DNA of 64,000 bases from positions 55,168-119,167 of the forward strand of contig CAZSAH010000001.1 of assembly GCA_964605015.1 (NCBI GenBank), written 5' to 3'. Shown piece by piece: positions 53,405 through 62,831 of the stretch (position 1 is its first letter; each line of letters starts with the position of its first letter). This stretch comes from an uncultured Alphaproteobacteria bacterium. Lineage in GTDB: Bacteria > Pseudomonadota > Alphaproteobacteria > UBA9655. A program made the position numbers and the translations under genes. The notes below the pieces were generated by a model, which saw nothing but the letters and a program-made list of their open reading frames with translations, was not told the DNA's origin and made no database searches.

Positions 53405-54400
53405 ATGACACATAAGGTTTTAATTACGGGTGGAGCAGGCTATGTGGGGACAATCTTAACCCCTCAACTTTTAAAGGCAGGTCACGAGGTGACCGTCTAT
53501 GATACTTGCTATTTTGGGAATTTTCTTGCTCCTCATCCGAAGTTAAAGGTTGTTGAAGCTGATATTCGGGAAACGCATAAGTTTAAGGCGGCTTGTCAAG
53601 GGATTGATACGGTGCTGCATCTCGCCTGCATTTCTAATGATCCCAGCTTTGAATTGGATGAAGGGTTGAGTCAATCAATTAACTATGATTGTTTTGAGCC
53701 CCTTGTTGTGGCCGCTAAGGAAGCGGGTGCAAAACGTTTTGTTTATGCGTCTTCCAGCTCTGTTTATGGAGTAAGTGACGCTCCTGATGTAACAGAAGAT
53801 CATCCTCTTGTTCCCTTGACCCTTTATAATAAGTTTAAGGGAATGTGCGAACCTCATTTATTTAAACACATGAGCGACGATTTTGTGTGCGTCACCATCC
53901 GTCCTGCAACGATCTGCGGATATAGTCCTCGTATGCGTCTTGATTTGTCTGTTAACATTCTCACCAATCATGCGGTCAATAACCGCAAAATCACTGTTTT
54001 GGGAGGAAAACAACTGAGACCTAATCTTCATATTAACGATATGGCTGATTTATATGAACTTTTACTGGATGTTCCGGATGCTAAGCTCCAAGGCCAAACC
54101 TTTAATGCGGGCTATGAAAATATGAGCATTATGGATATTGCTCATACGGTTAAAAAAGTTGTTGAACAAGAAATTTCAGGGACGTCCATTGAAATTGATG
54201 TTGCTGAAACTAATGATCCTCGTTCCTACCATATTAATTCTCAAAAAATTGAGAAAATCATTGGGTTTAAGCCAAAGTGGTCTGTAGAAGATGCCGTTCG
54301 GGATCTTTGCAAAGCATTTAATTCAGGAAAATTGCCTAATAGCCTTACAGATGAGCGTTACTTTAACGTGCGGACAATGAAAACCAAAAAGGCTGCTTAA
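53405..54400 (+). CDS. NAD-dependent epimerase/dehydratase (extended SDR)
   Basis: VLITGGAGYVGTIL and YNKFKGMCE (YxxxK). 331 aa. Confidence 0.8.
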   Translation: MTHKVLITGGAGYVGTILTPQLLKAGHEVTVYDTCYFGNFLAPHPKLKVVEADIRETHKFKAACQGIDTVLHLACISNDPSFELDEGLSQSINYDCFEPLVVAAKEAGAKRFVYASSSSVYGVSDAPDVTEDHPLVPLTLYNKFKGMCEPHLFKHMSDDFVCVTIRPATICGYSPRMRLDLSVNILTNHAVNNRKITVLGGKQLRPNLHINDMADLYELLLDVPDAKLQGQTFNAGYENMSIMDIAHTVKKVVEQEISGTSIEIDVAETNDPRSYHINSQKIEKIIGFKPKWSVEDAVRDLCKAFNSGKLPNSLTDERYFNVRTMKTKKAA

Positions 54401-55392
54401 TGACAAACAAACCAATAGCTGTTGTTACAGGTGGAGCTGGGTTTATAGGAAGTCACATGGTTGATCTTCTCTTGTCTCGTGGGTTTAAGGTTCATGCCAT
54501 AGACAACCTTGTGGGTGGAAATCTTACGAATATTATGCATCATAAAGCCAACCCAGATTTTTCTTTTGAAGAAAGAGATATTCGCTCTTATGAAGAGAGA
54601 GACTCCTTCTTTAAGGATGCGGTTTACGTTTTTCATTTTGCGGGTATCGGAGATATTGTTCCTTCTATTGAAAGGCCGAAAGATTATCTTTCTGTTAATG
54701 TGCAAGGGACGGTTCACATGCTACAATGTGCTCAAGTGGCAGGTGTCCAGAAATTTGTTTATGCCGCCTCTTCCTCTTGTTATGGCGTGGCCAAAACGCC
54801 AACCCGGGAAGATCATCCTATTTCAACTCTTTATCCCTATGCATTGAGTAAGTATCTAGGAGAGCAGGTCGCATTTCATTGGCATCAAGTTTATCGCTTG
54901 CCTGTGAATTCAGTTCGTATTTTCAATGCTTATGGAACACGCTCTAGAACTACTGGAGCCTATGGAGCTGTGTTCGGCGTTTTTCTGAAACAGAAAATTG
55001 CAGGCAAACCCTTTACAGTTGTGGGTGATGGGCAACAAACGAGAGATTTTTTGTATGTCACAGATGTGGTGAGAGCCTTCTTAGCGGCAGCTGAAACGGA
55101 GAAAACGGGGGAGATTTATAACCTTGGGGCAGGAAATCCTCAAAGTGTTCAAAAACTTGTTTCTCTTCTTAAAGGAGATGTAGTCCATATTCCCAAACGT
55201 CCTGGAGAGCCTGACTGTACCCACGCAGATATTACAAAAATTACCTCTGAACTTAAATGGTCACCTCAGGTAAGTTTTGAAGAAGGCGTAAGTCTCTTGA
55301 TGGGAAATATCGATTATTGGAAGGATGCACCCTTATGGGATCAGCAATCCATTGGAAAAGCCACAGAAAATTGGTTTAAGTATTTATCTTAA
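54400..55392 (+). CDS. NAD-dependent epimerase/dehydratase (UDP-glucuronate decarboxylase / 4,6-dehydratase-like)
   Basis: AVVTGGAGFIGSHMVDLL, YALSKYLGE, and DGQQTRDFLYVTDV. 330 aa. Confidence 0.8.
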   Translation: MTNKPIAVVTGGAGFIGSHMVDLLLSRGFKVHAIDNLVGGNLTNIMHHKANPDFSFEERDIRSYEERDSFFKDAVYVFHFAGIGDIVPSIERPKDYLSVNVQGTVHMLQCAQVAGVQKFVYAASSSCYGVAKTPTREDHPISTLYPYALSKYLGEQVAFHWHQVYRLPVNSVRIFNAYGTRSRTTGAYGAVFGVFLKQKIAGKPFTVVGDGQQTRDFLYVTDVVRAFLAAAETEKTGEIYNLGAGNPQSVQKLVSLLKGDVVHIPKRPGEPDCTHADITKITSELKWSPQVSFEEGVSLLMGNIDYWKDAPLWDQQSIGKATENWFKYLS

Positions 55393-55414
55393 ATAATATT
55401 TAAGTAGGGATGTT

Positions 55415-56992
55415 ATGGAAATAGAGACAAAAGATTTATTCAAAAGAAAAATCAAAACAGTTGATGAACTTCTTGAAATTCTGGGGCCGTTTCCTAGAGA
55501 TAAGAAAGTTATTATGTGTCATGGTACGTTTGATATTGTTCATCCTGGCCATATTCGTCATTTACTGTATGCAAAAAGCAAGGGTGAGATCCTGGTTGTC
55601 AGTATTACAGGTGATATTCATGTCACTAAAGACAACTATCGTCCCTATGTTCCTCAAGATTTAAGGCAACTTAATCTCGCTGCTTTAGAATTTGTTGATT
55701 ATATTATTACAGATTTCGATGCCACCCCTCTCAATAATCTCCGGATTTTAAAGCCTGATTTTTTTGCAAAAGGTTACGAATATATGGATGGAGGTCTCCA
55801 TCCTAAAACACAAGAAGAAGTCAATGTGTTAGAAAGTTATGGGGGGGAGGTTATTTTCACTCCAGGGGATATTGTTTACTCTTCTTCGGCTCTCATCAAC
55901 TTAGAATCTCCGCGTATTGGAACTGAGAAATTGATGACGTTGATGGAAAGAGAAAACATAACTTTTGAGGACCTTCGAAAAACCTTAGATACCTTTTCAG
56001 AGCTCCGTGTTCATGTGGTTGGAGATACCATTGTTGATAGTTATACGCACTGTAGCCCAATTGGGGGAATGACAAAAACGCCAACCATGAGTATGCGTTA
56101 TGAAAAGCAGTTAGATTTTGTAGGGGGAGCTGCAATTGTTGCAAAGCATCTTAAAGCTGCAGGCGCACAAGTTTTTTTCTCGACAGTTCTTGGAGAAGAC
56201 CCTTTAACAGAGTTTGTTTTAAAAGACCTGAGAAACTTTGGGGTAGAGTGCCTTGATATTATTGACAAAACACGACCAACAACCAATAAAAATGCGATCG
56301 TAGCTAATGGGTATCGTCTTTTAAAAATTGATACAGTCGACAACCGCCCCATTTCAGATCGTATCGTTCAGCTGCTTTCCCATAATATTAAATCTACGCC
56401 GGCAGATATTATTGTTTTTAGCGACTTTCGTCATGGTATTTTTAGTAAAACAAGTATCCCTGATTTAATTGCTGAAATTCCCCAAGGAGTCTTTCGAGTT
56501 GCTGATAGCCAAGTTGCGAGTCGTTGGGGGAATATTCTTGATTTTCAAGGGTTTGATCTTATAACCCCCAATGAGAGAGAAGCCAGATTTTCTCTAGGAG
56601 ATCAAGATTCTGTAGTTCGGAATTTGGCTTTAGAGCTTATGATCCAAGCAAAATGTAAAACATTAATTTTAAAAATGGGGGAGAAGGGCTCCATTACGTG
56701 TCGTAATATTTCTAAAGATGATCCTCGTTTCTTTTTGTCTGTTGATAGCTTTAGTGATCATGTTCTTGATGCGGTCGGTTCGGGCGATGCTTTGTTGGCT
56801 TATGCATCTCTTAGCCTTTATACATCCAAGAATGAAGCGATTGCTTCTATTTTAGGATCTTTAGCAGCAGCTGTTGAGTGTGAGTATGACGGCAATATCC
56901 CTGTAACGCCCGAGCATGTACTCAAAAAAATTGATCAACTTGAAAGACAAGTTAATTTTGATTATTCTTCTTTGGATAAAAAATGCGCATAG
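55415..56992 (+). CDS. Bifunctional cytidylyltransferase-fold nucleotidyltransferase + PfkB-family sugar kinase (HldE-like, reversed domain order)
   Basis: N-terminal CHGTFDIVHPGHIRHL (HxGH). C-terminal PfkB motif DAVGSGDALLAY. 525 aa. E. coli HldE has kinase first, then transferase. Confidence 0.7.
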   Translation: MEIETKDLFKRKIKTVDELLEILGPFPRDKKVIMCHGTFDIVHPGHIRHLLYAKSKGEILVVSITGDIHVTKDNYRPYVPQDLRQLNLAALEFVDYIITDFDATPLNNLRILKPDFFAKGYEYMDGGLHPKTQEEVNVLESYGGEVIFTPGDIVYSSSALINLESPRIGTEKLMTLMERENITFEDLRKTLDTFSELRVHVVGDTIVDSYTHCSPIGGMTKTPTMSMRYEKQLDFVGGAAIVAKHLKAAGAQVFFSTVLGEDPLTEFVLKDLRNFGVECLDIIDKTRPTTNKNAIVANGYRLLKIDTVDNRPISDRIVQLLSHNIKSTPADIIVFSDFRHGIFSKTSIPDLIAEIPQGVFRVADSQVASRWGNILDFQGFDLITPNEREARFSLGDQDSVVRNLALELMIQAKCKTLILKMGEKGSITCRNISKDDPRFFLSVDSFSDHVLDAVGSGDALLAYASLSLYTSKNEAIASILGSLAAAVECEYDGNIPVTPEHVLKKIDQLERQVNFDYSSLDKKCA

Positions 56993-57921
56993 TTATTATT
57001 GGGCTAGGAGTTCAAGGCGTAAAAAGGAAAAAAATTGCTGACGGTTGTGTTGTTGCGACTGTTGATCCTTTTTCACATGAAGCTTCATATCCATCCATTG
57101 AAGCGGTTCCTTTAGATCAATACGATGCGGCGTTTGTTTGCACTCCCGATGACGCAAAATATTCTATTCTTTATTATCTCCTTCAACATAAAAAACATGT
57201 TCTTGTAGAAAAACCCCTCTTTTTTGAAAATTCTCAAAAAATTGGGAAACTCATGAGCCTTTGTAATGATCATAAAGTTACATGCTACACCGCCTATAAT
57301 CATCGCTTTGAACCGCACTTTGTAAAAATGAAAGAAATGATTGAATCTGGCATTTTGGGGAAGATTTATAATGTTTCTCTTTTTTATGGAAATGGGACCG
57401 CTCGTCTGGTCAGAGAATCGCCTTGGCGAGATCAAGGATATGGCGTTTTAGCAGATTTGGGTTCTCATCTCCTGGACACCTTTCTTTTCTGGTTTGGACA
57501 TCGAAATTATACATTTTCGATGGTTAAATCCCATTGTTTTGAGAACAAAGCCTTTGATCATCTTACTTTCGTTACGCATCAATCAGAGCCTTCTGTACAA
57601 TTTGAATTGAGCCTTTTATCTTGGAAAAATCATTTTAGAGCTGATGTTTATGGAGAAGAGGGCAGTGCTCATATTTCCTCCTTATGTAAATGGGGGCCTT
57701 CAACTCTAACTTTCAGAAAACGTGTTCTCCCGAGCGGCAGACCTGCTGAAGAATCCTTCACATTGGTTCAAGCAGACCCCACTTGGCAAGAAGAGTATTC
57801 TCATTTCAAAAATTTGTGCGTTCAAAAAGAGAACAATCTTTCTAATGATCTTTGGATTCAAGAAAGCCTTCAAGACTTGTTTTTTCAAACACAAAGAGGG
57901 GAAATAAAAAATGTTTCCTAA
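56983..57921 (+). CDS. Gfo/Idh/MocA-family oxidoreductase
   Basis: MRIVIIGLGVQGVKR Rossmann start and VLVEKPL motif. 312 aa. Confidence 0.75.
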   Translation: MRIVIIGLGVQGVKRKKIADGCVVATVDPFSHEASYPSIEAVPLDQYDAAFVCTPDDAKYSILYYLLQHKKHVLVEKPLFFENSQKIGKLMSLCNDHKVTCYTAYNHRFEPHFVKMKEMIESGILGKIYNVSLFYGNGTARLVRESPWRDQGYGVLADLGSHLLDTFLFWFGHRNYTFSMVKSHCFENKAFDHLTFVTHQSEPSVQFELSLLSWKNHFRADVYGEEGSAHISSLCKWGPSTLTFRKRVLPSGRPAEESFTLVQADPTWQEEYSHFKNLCVQKENNLSNDLWIQESLQDLFFQTQRGEIKNVS

Positions 57922-59206
57922 TATTGTTGCTTATGTAGGGCTTACTCATCTTGGGCTCATTTCAGCTGCTGCTGCTCTTGAAAAGGGGTTTCAAGTTCTT
58001 TGTTTTGACCCAAATAAAAAGCTGATTGATAATTTAAAGGCCTCTCATTATCCTATCAATGAGCCTGATTTTGCAGAAGCCTTGGAAAAAAATAGAGAGC
58101 GCATTTTTTTTACTTCCTCTCTTGATGATTTGAATAAGGCAGATTTAGTTTATATTTCTCCTGATATTCCCACCAATGAGAGTGGGGTCAGTTGTTTAGA
58201 TGGAATTAAAAGCCTTATTTCTCTCGTTTCTCCTGCCCTCTCTAAACAGGCTTGTTTAATTATTTTAAGCCAAGTTCCTCCGGGGTTTACAAGGTCAATG
58301 AAAGATCTATTGTCATCCTCCCAAATTGATCTTTCAAGAGTTTATTATCAGGTGGAAACCCTCGTGTTTGGTGTTGCCATGCAGCGAGCCCTTTATCCAG
58401 AACGTTTTATTGTCGGTGTTAATGACGTAAAAAAGCCTTTAGATCCTCATTTTGAAGCTTTTTTACGAGCTTTCAGTTGCCCTCTTCTTGTTATGAATTA
58501 CGAAAGCGCTGAATTTTGTAAGATTTGTATTAATGCTTTTTTAGCAGCGACAGTATCTACGGCTAATACATTGGAAGAAATCTGTCAAAGAATTGGGGCT
58601 CAGTGGAGTGATATTATTCCAGCATTGCGCTTAGATAAAAGAATCGGGGAATATGCTTATCTGACACCGGGCTTAGGTCTTTCTGGGGGAAATATTGAAA
58701 GAGACCTCAAAACGTTGACTCATCTTTCTGAAAATCACGGTTCTCATGGGCAGGTTGTTGACTCTTTTATTAAGAATAGCCACCATCGAAGAAACTGGCC
58801 TTTGCAGGTGTTTTATCGGAAAATTCTGCCCTATCTTTCAGACAAGAAAATAACACTGAGCATTTTAGGACTTTCTTATAAGGAAAATACTCATTCAACT
58901 AAAAACTCTGCGGCATTAAAATTAATTTCTCAATTAAAGGGTTTTAAAATCCAAGTTTATGATCCCCTTGTCAAAAAACTTCCTCTTGAATCTTCTTTCG
59001 TCGAATTTAAATCAAATGCTCTTGAGGCCATCAAAGGATCTGATGTTCTTTTCTTAATGACCCCCTGGCCAGAATTTAAGGAGTTAAAACAAGAAGATGT
59101 CTTTTCTTTAATGAAAACGAAATTTATTGTTGATCCTTACAAATTATTAAAAGTTGAGTCAGAAGTTGCATTCTCTCAAGACATGGCTTATTACTCTTTT
59201 TGTTAG
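57911..59206 (+). CDS. Nucleotide-sugar dehydrogenase family protein with atypical active site
   Basis: The central region ESAEFCKICINAFLAATVSTANTLEEIC...DKRIGEYAYLTPGLGLSGGNIERD aligns with the Ugd NAFLA...GGxCxPKD region. It has Asn (codon 58691-58693) where the catalytic Cys is expected, and GLTHLG instead of GxGxxG. Confidence 0.65.
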   Translation: MFPNIVAYVGLTHLGLISAAAALEKGFQVLCFDPNKKLIDNLKASHYPINEPDFAEALEKNRERIFFTSSLDDLNKADLVYISPDIPTNESGVSCLDGIKSLISLVSPALSKQACLIILSQVPPGFTRSMKDLLSSSQIDLSRVYYQVETLVFGVAMQRALYPERFIVGVNDVKKPLDPHFEAFLRAFSCPLLVMNYESAEFCKICINAFLAATVSTANTLEEICQRIGAQWSDIIPALRLDKRIGEYAYLTPGLGLSGGNIERDLKTLTHLSENHGSHGQVVDSFIKNSHHRRNWPLQVFYRKILPYLSDKKITLSILGLSYKENTHSTKNSAALKLISQLKGFKIQVYDPLVKKLPLESSFVEFKSNALEAIKGSDVLFLMTPWPEFKELKQEDVFSLMKTKFIVDPYKLLKVESEVAFSQDMAYYSFC

Positions 59207-59219
59207 AAAGGAAATCATT

Positions 59220-60110
59220 ATGTTAATGCACAAAGAGAAAACCTCTCCAGGGGAAAAAGTTTTAGTATTGGGCTCTCAGGGGTTTATTGGAAAATCTCTT
59301 TGCAAGGCATTGGAAGCTTCTGCCTTTGAAGTAGATGCTGTTTCCTCCAAAGACATTGACCTTACGGATGTAAGTTCCGTGACTCTTTTAAGCGAAAAAA
59401 TTAAAAATTGTCAGCACCTTATCATGTTATCTTGCCTTACTCCCGATAAGGGTAAGGGGCCCGATGTTTTAGTCAAAAACATCTTAATGGCAAAACATGT
59501 TTGTGATGCTTTACGCAATCAAGATACACCTCCTCATGTTATCTACTTTAGCTCAGATTCTGTTTATAATTTTGAAGAGGCCCTTATTCATGAAGGAACA
59601 GCAAGTTCTCCTGTGGATACCTACGGGGCTATGCATCGAACACGAGAACTGATGTTTTTGGAAACCATTCCTCAGCAACTTGCAATAATAAGGGCCACCT
59701 TAGTCTATGGAGCGGGCGATTCACATAACTCTTACGGCCCCAATCGTTTTCGTCGAGAGGCTTACAAAGAAGGGTCTATTACCTTATTTGGAGAAGGTGA
59801 AGATACGCGTGCCCATATTTTTATTGATGATTTAGTAAAATTGACAATTTTAGTAATAGAGAACAACAGCATAGGGGTTCTTAATAGTGCTCCTGATCAA
59901 TCAGTAACTTATCTTGAACTCGCTCAGAGGGTGATAGAGTGTTTTGATAAATCAGTTGAAATTAAAAACAAACCGCGGGCGGCTCCTCCTAACCATCGTT
60001 ATTTTGATGCCAGTCAGTGTTATGAGGCTTTTCCTGGATTTACTTTTACTCCTCTTCAGGAAGGGTTAATAAAAACCTATCAAAAAATGCAAGAGAATCC
60101 TAATGCCTGA
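59220..60110 (+). CDS. NAD-dependent epimerase/dehydratase-family protein
   Basis: VLVLGSQGFIGKSL Rossmann motif. ATG 59220 is preceded by AGAAAGGAAA. The track start at 59154 lies inside the upstream gene. Confidence 0.7.
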   Translation: MLMHKEKTSPGEKVLVLGSQGFIGKSLCKALEASAFEVDAVSSKDIDLTDVSSVTLLSEKIKNCQHLIMLSCLTPDKGKGPDVLVKNILMAKHVCDALRNQDTPPHVIYFSSDSVYNFEEALIHEGTASSPVDTYGAMHRTRELMFLETIPQQLAIIRATLVYGAGDSHNSYGPNRFRREAYKEGSITLFGEGEDTRAHIFIDDLVKLTILVIENNSIGVLNSAPDQSVTYLELAQRVIECFDKSVEIKNKPRAAPPNHRYFDASQCYEAFPGFTFTPLQEGLIKTYQKMQENPNA

Positions 60111-60759
60111 AATTGATCTTCTTAGAAGATACCCAAAAGCCAAAAGGGATATTCAAAAACGTCATGCAGCCCAAACTCCTGAAAATATTGAGAGGGCACG
60201 TCAATATGGGTTTGAATATTTTGACGGAACACGAGAACAAGGATATGGGGGCTATCATTATGATGGTCGATGGCTGCCTATTGCTGAAGATATTATTGCT
60301 CATTACAATTTAAAAGCTGGTGATCGTGTTCTGGACGTTGGATGTGCCAAGGGTTTTTTAGTAAAAGATATGATGAAGGTTTGTCCAGGGTTAGAGGTTT
60401 TTGGACTTGATGTATCAGAATATGCACTTAAACATTGTGAGCCAGAAGTAGTTGGTCGTTTGCACTTAGGGTGCGCGCAATCTCTTCCGTTTCCTAGCAA
60501 AAGCTTTAGTTGTGTTTTTTCCATTAATACATTACACAACTTAGAAGGTGAGAGTCTTAAAAAAGCCCTGGGCGAAATTACAAGAGTTTCAAAAGGATTT
60601 TCTTATGTGCAAGTTGACTCTTATTACACAGAAGAAGAACGTGACCTTTTTTTAAGTTGGGTTTTGACTGCAAAAACCCATGATTACCCGGAAGGGTGGC
60701 TTCAAATATTTAAAGAGGCTGGATATACCGGCGATTATGGATGGACAGTTGTTAATTAA
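60103..60759 (+). CDS. Class I SAM-dependent methyltransferase
   Basis: Motif I RVLDVGCAKGFLV and a later FSINTLHNL. 218 aa. Confidence 0.8.
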   Translation: MPEIDLLRRYPKAKRDIQKRHAAQTPENIERARQYGFEYFDGTREQGYGGYHYDGRWLPIAEDIIAHYNLKAGDRVLDVGCAKGFLVKDMMKVCPGLEVFGLDVSEYALKHCEPEVVGRLHLGCAQSLPFPSKSFSCVFSINTLHNLEGESLKKALGEITRVSKGFSYVQVDSYYTEEERDLFLSWVLTAKTHDYPEGWLQIFKEAGYTGDYGWTVVN

Positions 60760-60777
60760 CAAGGAAAGGAAGAGAAA

Positions 60778-61773
60778 ATGGGAAAAAAATATGTTGTATT
60801 AGGTGGAGGCGGCTCATTTGGCATTCACACCTCTGAGTATTTATTAAAAAACGCGGACCCAGAGCGTGTCATTTCCATCGGGCGTCATTCTGAAAAGCCG
60901 GGGCCATTCACATTGGGTGTGGGCAAAGGAGACTCTCGTTATTCCTATCATGCATTTCACATCACTTATGAATTAGATTCTGTAATGGAGCTCTTAGACA
61001 AAGAGCGTCCTGAAGTCATCATTAACTATGCTGCCCAAGGAGAAGGGGCTGTTTCTTGGAAAAACTCTTGGCGGTTTTTTGAAACCAACTCCGTAGCTCT
61101 GGCTAAGATGACAGAAGAAATCATGAAGAGAGACTACTTAGAGCGTTGGATTCAAATCGGAACTTCTGAGCTCTATGGTTCTGTTGATGCGCCTTCTAAG
61201 GAAGATGATCCTATAAGACCCTCAAGTCCTTATGCAAGCAGCAAAGCTGCTGGTGACCTTCACCTTCTTTCCATCTCAAAAGTTCTTAATTTTCCTATGA
61301 ATATTGTTAGGCCTTCAAATGCTTACTGCCCTGGTCAACTCCTTCACCGGGTTATTCCAAGGTCTATTGTGTGTGGCTTAACCGGTCAGAAATTGCCTCT
61401 TCAAGGGGGTGGTCGTGCAAAAAAATCTTATATTCATGCCACTGATTTAGCGCGTGCAGTTCACCTTGTCTCTGAAAAAGCCCCCTTAGGTAAGGTGTAT
61501 AATGTGGGTCCTAAGCTTCCCATTTCCATAAGAGAATTGGTTGAAAAAACAGCTGAAGCCTTAAATATGCCTTTTGATCAACTCTGTACTGTTACTGATG
61601 ATCGTTTGGGGCAAGATGGACAATACTGGCTTGACAGCTCAGCAATTAAAAATGACATAGGATTTGAGCCTCAAATTAGTTTAGAGGAAGGCCTTGCGAA
61701 AATGGTTGAATGGGGAAAAACCTATCTTGATGAATTGAAAGACTGGCCTCAGACTTATATAATCCGCGCTTAA
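60778..61773 (+). CDS. NAD-dependent epimerase/dehydratase (NDP-sugar 4,6-dehydratase-like)
   Basis: YVVLGGGGSFGIHTSEYLL, TSELYG, and YASSKAAGD (YxxxK). 331 aa. Confidence 0.75.
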   Translation: MGKKYVVLGGGGSFGIHTSEYLLKNADPERVISIGRHSEKPGPFTLGVGKGDSRYSYHAFHITYELDSVMELLDKERPEVIINYAAQGEGAVSWKNSWRFFETNSVALAKMTEEIMKRDYLERWIQIGTSELYGSVDAPSKEDDPIRPSSPYASSKAAGDLHLLSISKVLNFPMNIVRPSNAYCPGQLLHRVIPRSIVCGLTGQKLPLQGGGRAKKSYIHATDLARAVHLVSEKAPLGKVYNVGPKLPISIRELVEKTAEALNMPFDQLCTVTDDRLGQDGQYWLDSSAIKNDIGFEPQISLEEGLAKMVEWGKTYLDELKDWPQTYIIRA

Positions 61774-61800
61774 TGTAAACATTATTTTGAGAAATATTAA

Positions 61801-62778
61801 ATGACTTTACCAAATAGAGAGCAGTCAAGAGGTCTTCTTAATAAGGTTCTTCGTGTTCGGTTAATTGAACAAAGAATTATGGATCTTTATGATGAAAATG
61901 AGATGCGTTGTCCAACACACTTTAGCATCGGTCAAGAAGCTATTGCTGCTGGCGTATGTGCTCATTTATTGAAAAGCGATCTGGTAACTTCTGCCCATCG
62001 AAATCACGCTCATTACCTTTCTAAAGGGGGTAACCTTAGAGCCATGATGGCAGAGCTATATGGTAAGGAAACGGGTTGTGCATCAGGCAAGGGAGGCTCT
62101 ATGCACCTCATTGATATTGAAGCTGGGTTTTTAGGAGCTGTTCCCATTGTGGGAAGTACAATCCCCATTGGTGTAGGCGCAACTTTTGCTTCTTATTTAC
62201 AAGGCAATGCTAAACTAACGGCTATTTTTTTTGGGGACGCAGCAACTGAAACAGGAGTTTTTTACGAGAGTTTAAACTTTGCAGCAATTCATAAGCTACC
62301 TGTTGTTATGGTGTGTGAGAATAACTTTTATTCTGTCATGACATCCTTGCGCGATAGGCGTCCTGCAGGGATAGAAATCTACGAAATTGCTAAATCATTT
62401 GGCATTTTTAGCTCTCAAGGAGATGGGAATGACTTAGATGAGGTTTTCCAACTCTCTGGTGACGCCATAGAACATGCTCGATCAGGAAAGGGGCCGGCTT
62501 TTATAGAATTCAAAACCTATAGGTTTGTTGAACATTGTGGTCCTTTTCCTGATGATCACCTTAACTACCGACCTGAAAACGAATTAGAGAACTGGAAAAT
62601 GCGGGATCCTGTACAACTATATAAGGAACGCTTATTAAATAAACAATATATAACAGAAAGTGAATTTTTAGAGTGGACAAACACAATTCATAAAGAAATA
62701 GATGAAGCTGTTTTTTATGCTAAATCAAGCGCATTTCCCCACAAAAGTTCATTGTTAAAAGATCTTTTTGCAGCATAA
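61801..62778 (+). CDS. Thiamine-diphosphate-dependent dehydrogenase E1 alpha-like subunit
   Basis: ThDP-binding motif FFGDAATETGVFYESLNFAAIHKLPVVMVCENNFYS (GD...NN). 325 aa. Confidence 0.85.
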   Translation: MTLPNREQSRGLLNKVLRVRLIEQRIMDLYDENEMRCPTHFSIGQEAIAAGVCAHLLKSDLVTSAHRNHAHYLSKGGNLRAMMAELYGKETGCASGKGGSMHLIDIEAGFLGAVPIVGSTIPIGVGATFASYLQGNAKLTAIFFGDAATETGVFYESLNFAAIHKLPVVMVCENNFYSVMTSLRDRRPAGIEIYEIAKSFGIFSSQGDGNDLDEVFQLSGDAIEHARSGKGPAFIEFKTYRFVEHCGPFPDDHLNYRPENELENWKMRDPVQLYKERLLNKQYITESEFLEWTNTIHKEIDEAVFYAKSSAFPHKSSLLKDLFAA

Positions 62779-62831
62779 TCCATGGGTCATCAAATGAAAT
62801 TTAACATACTAGCGACGAGATAAGAGTACAC

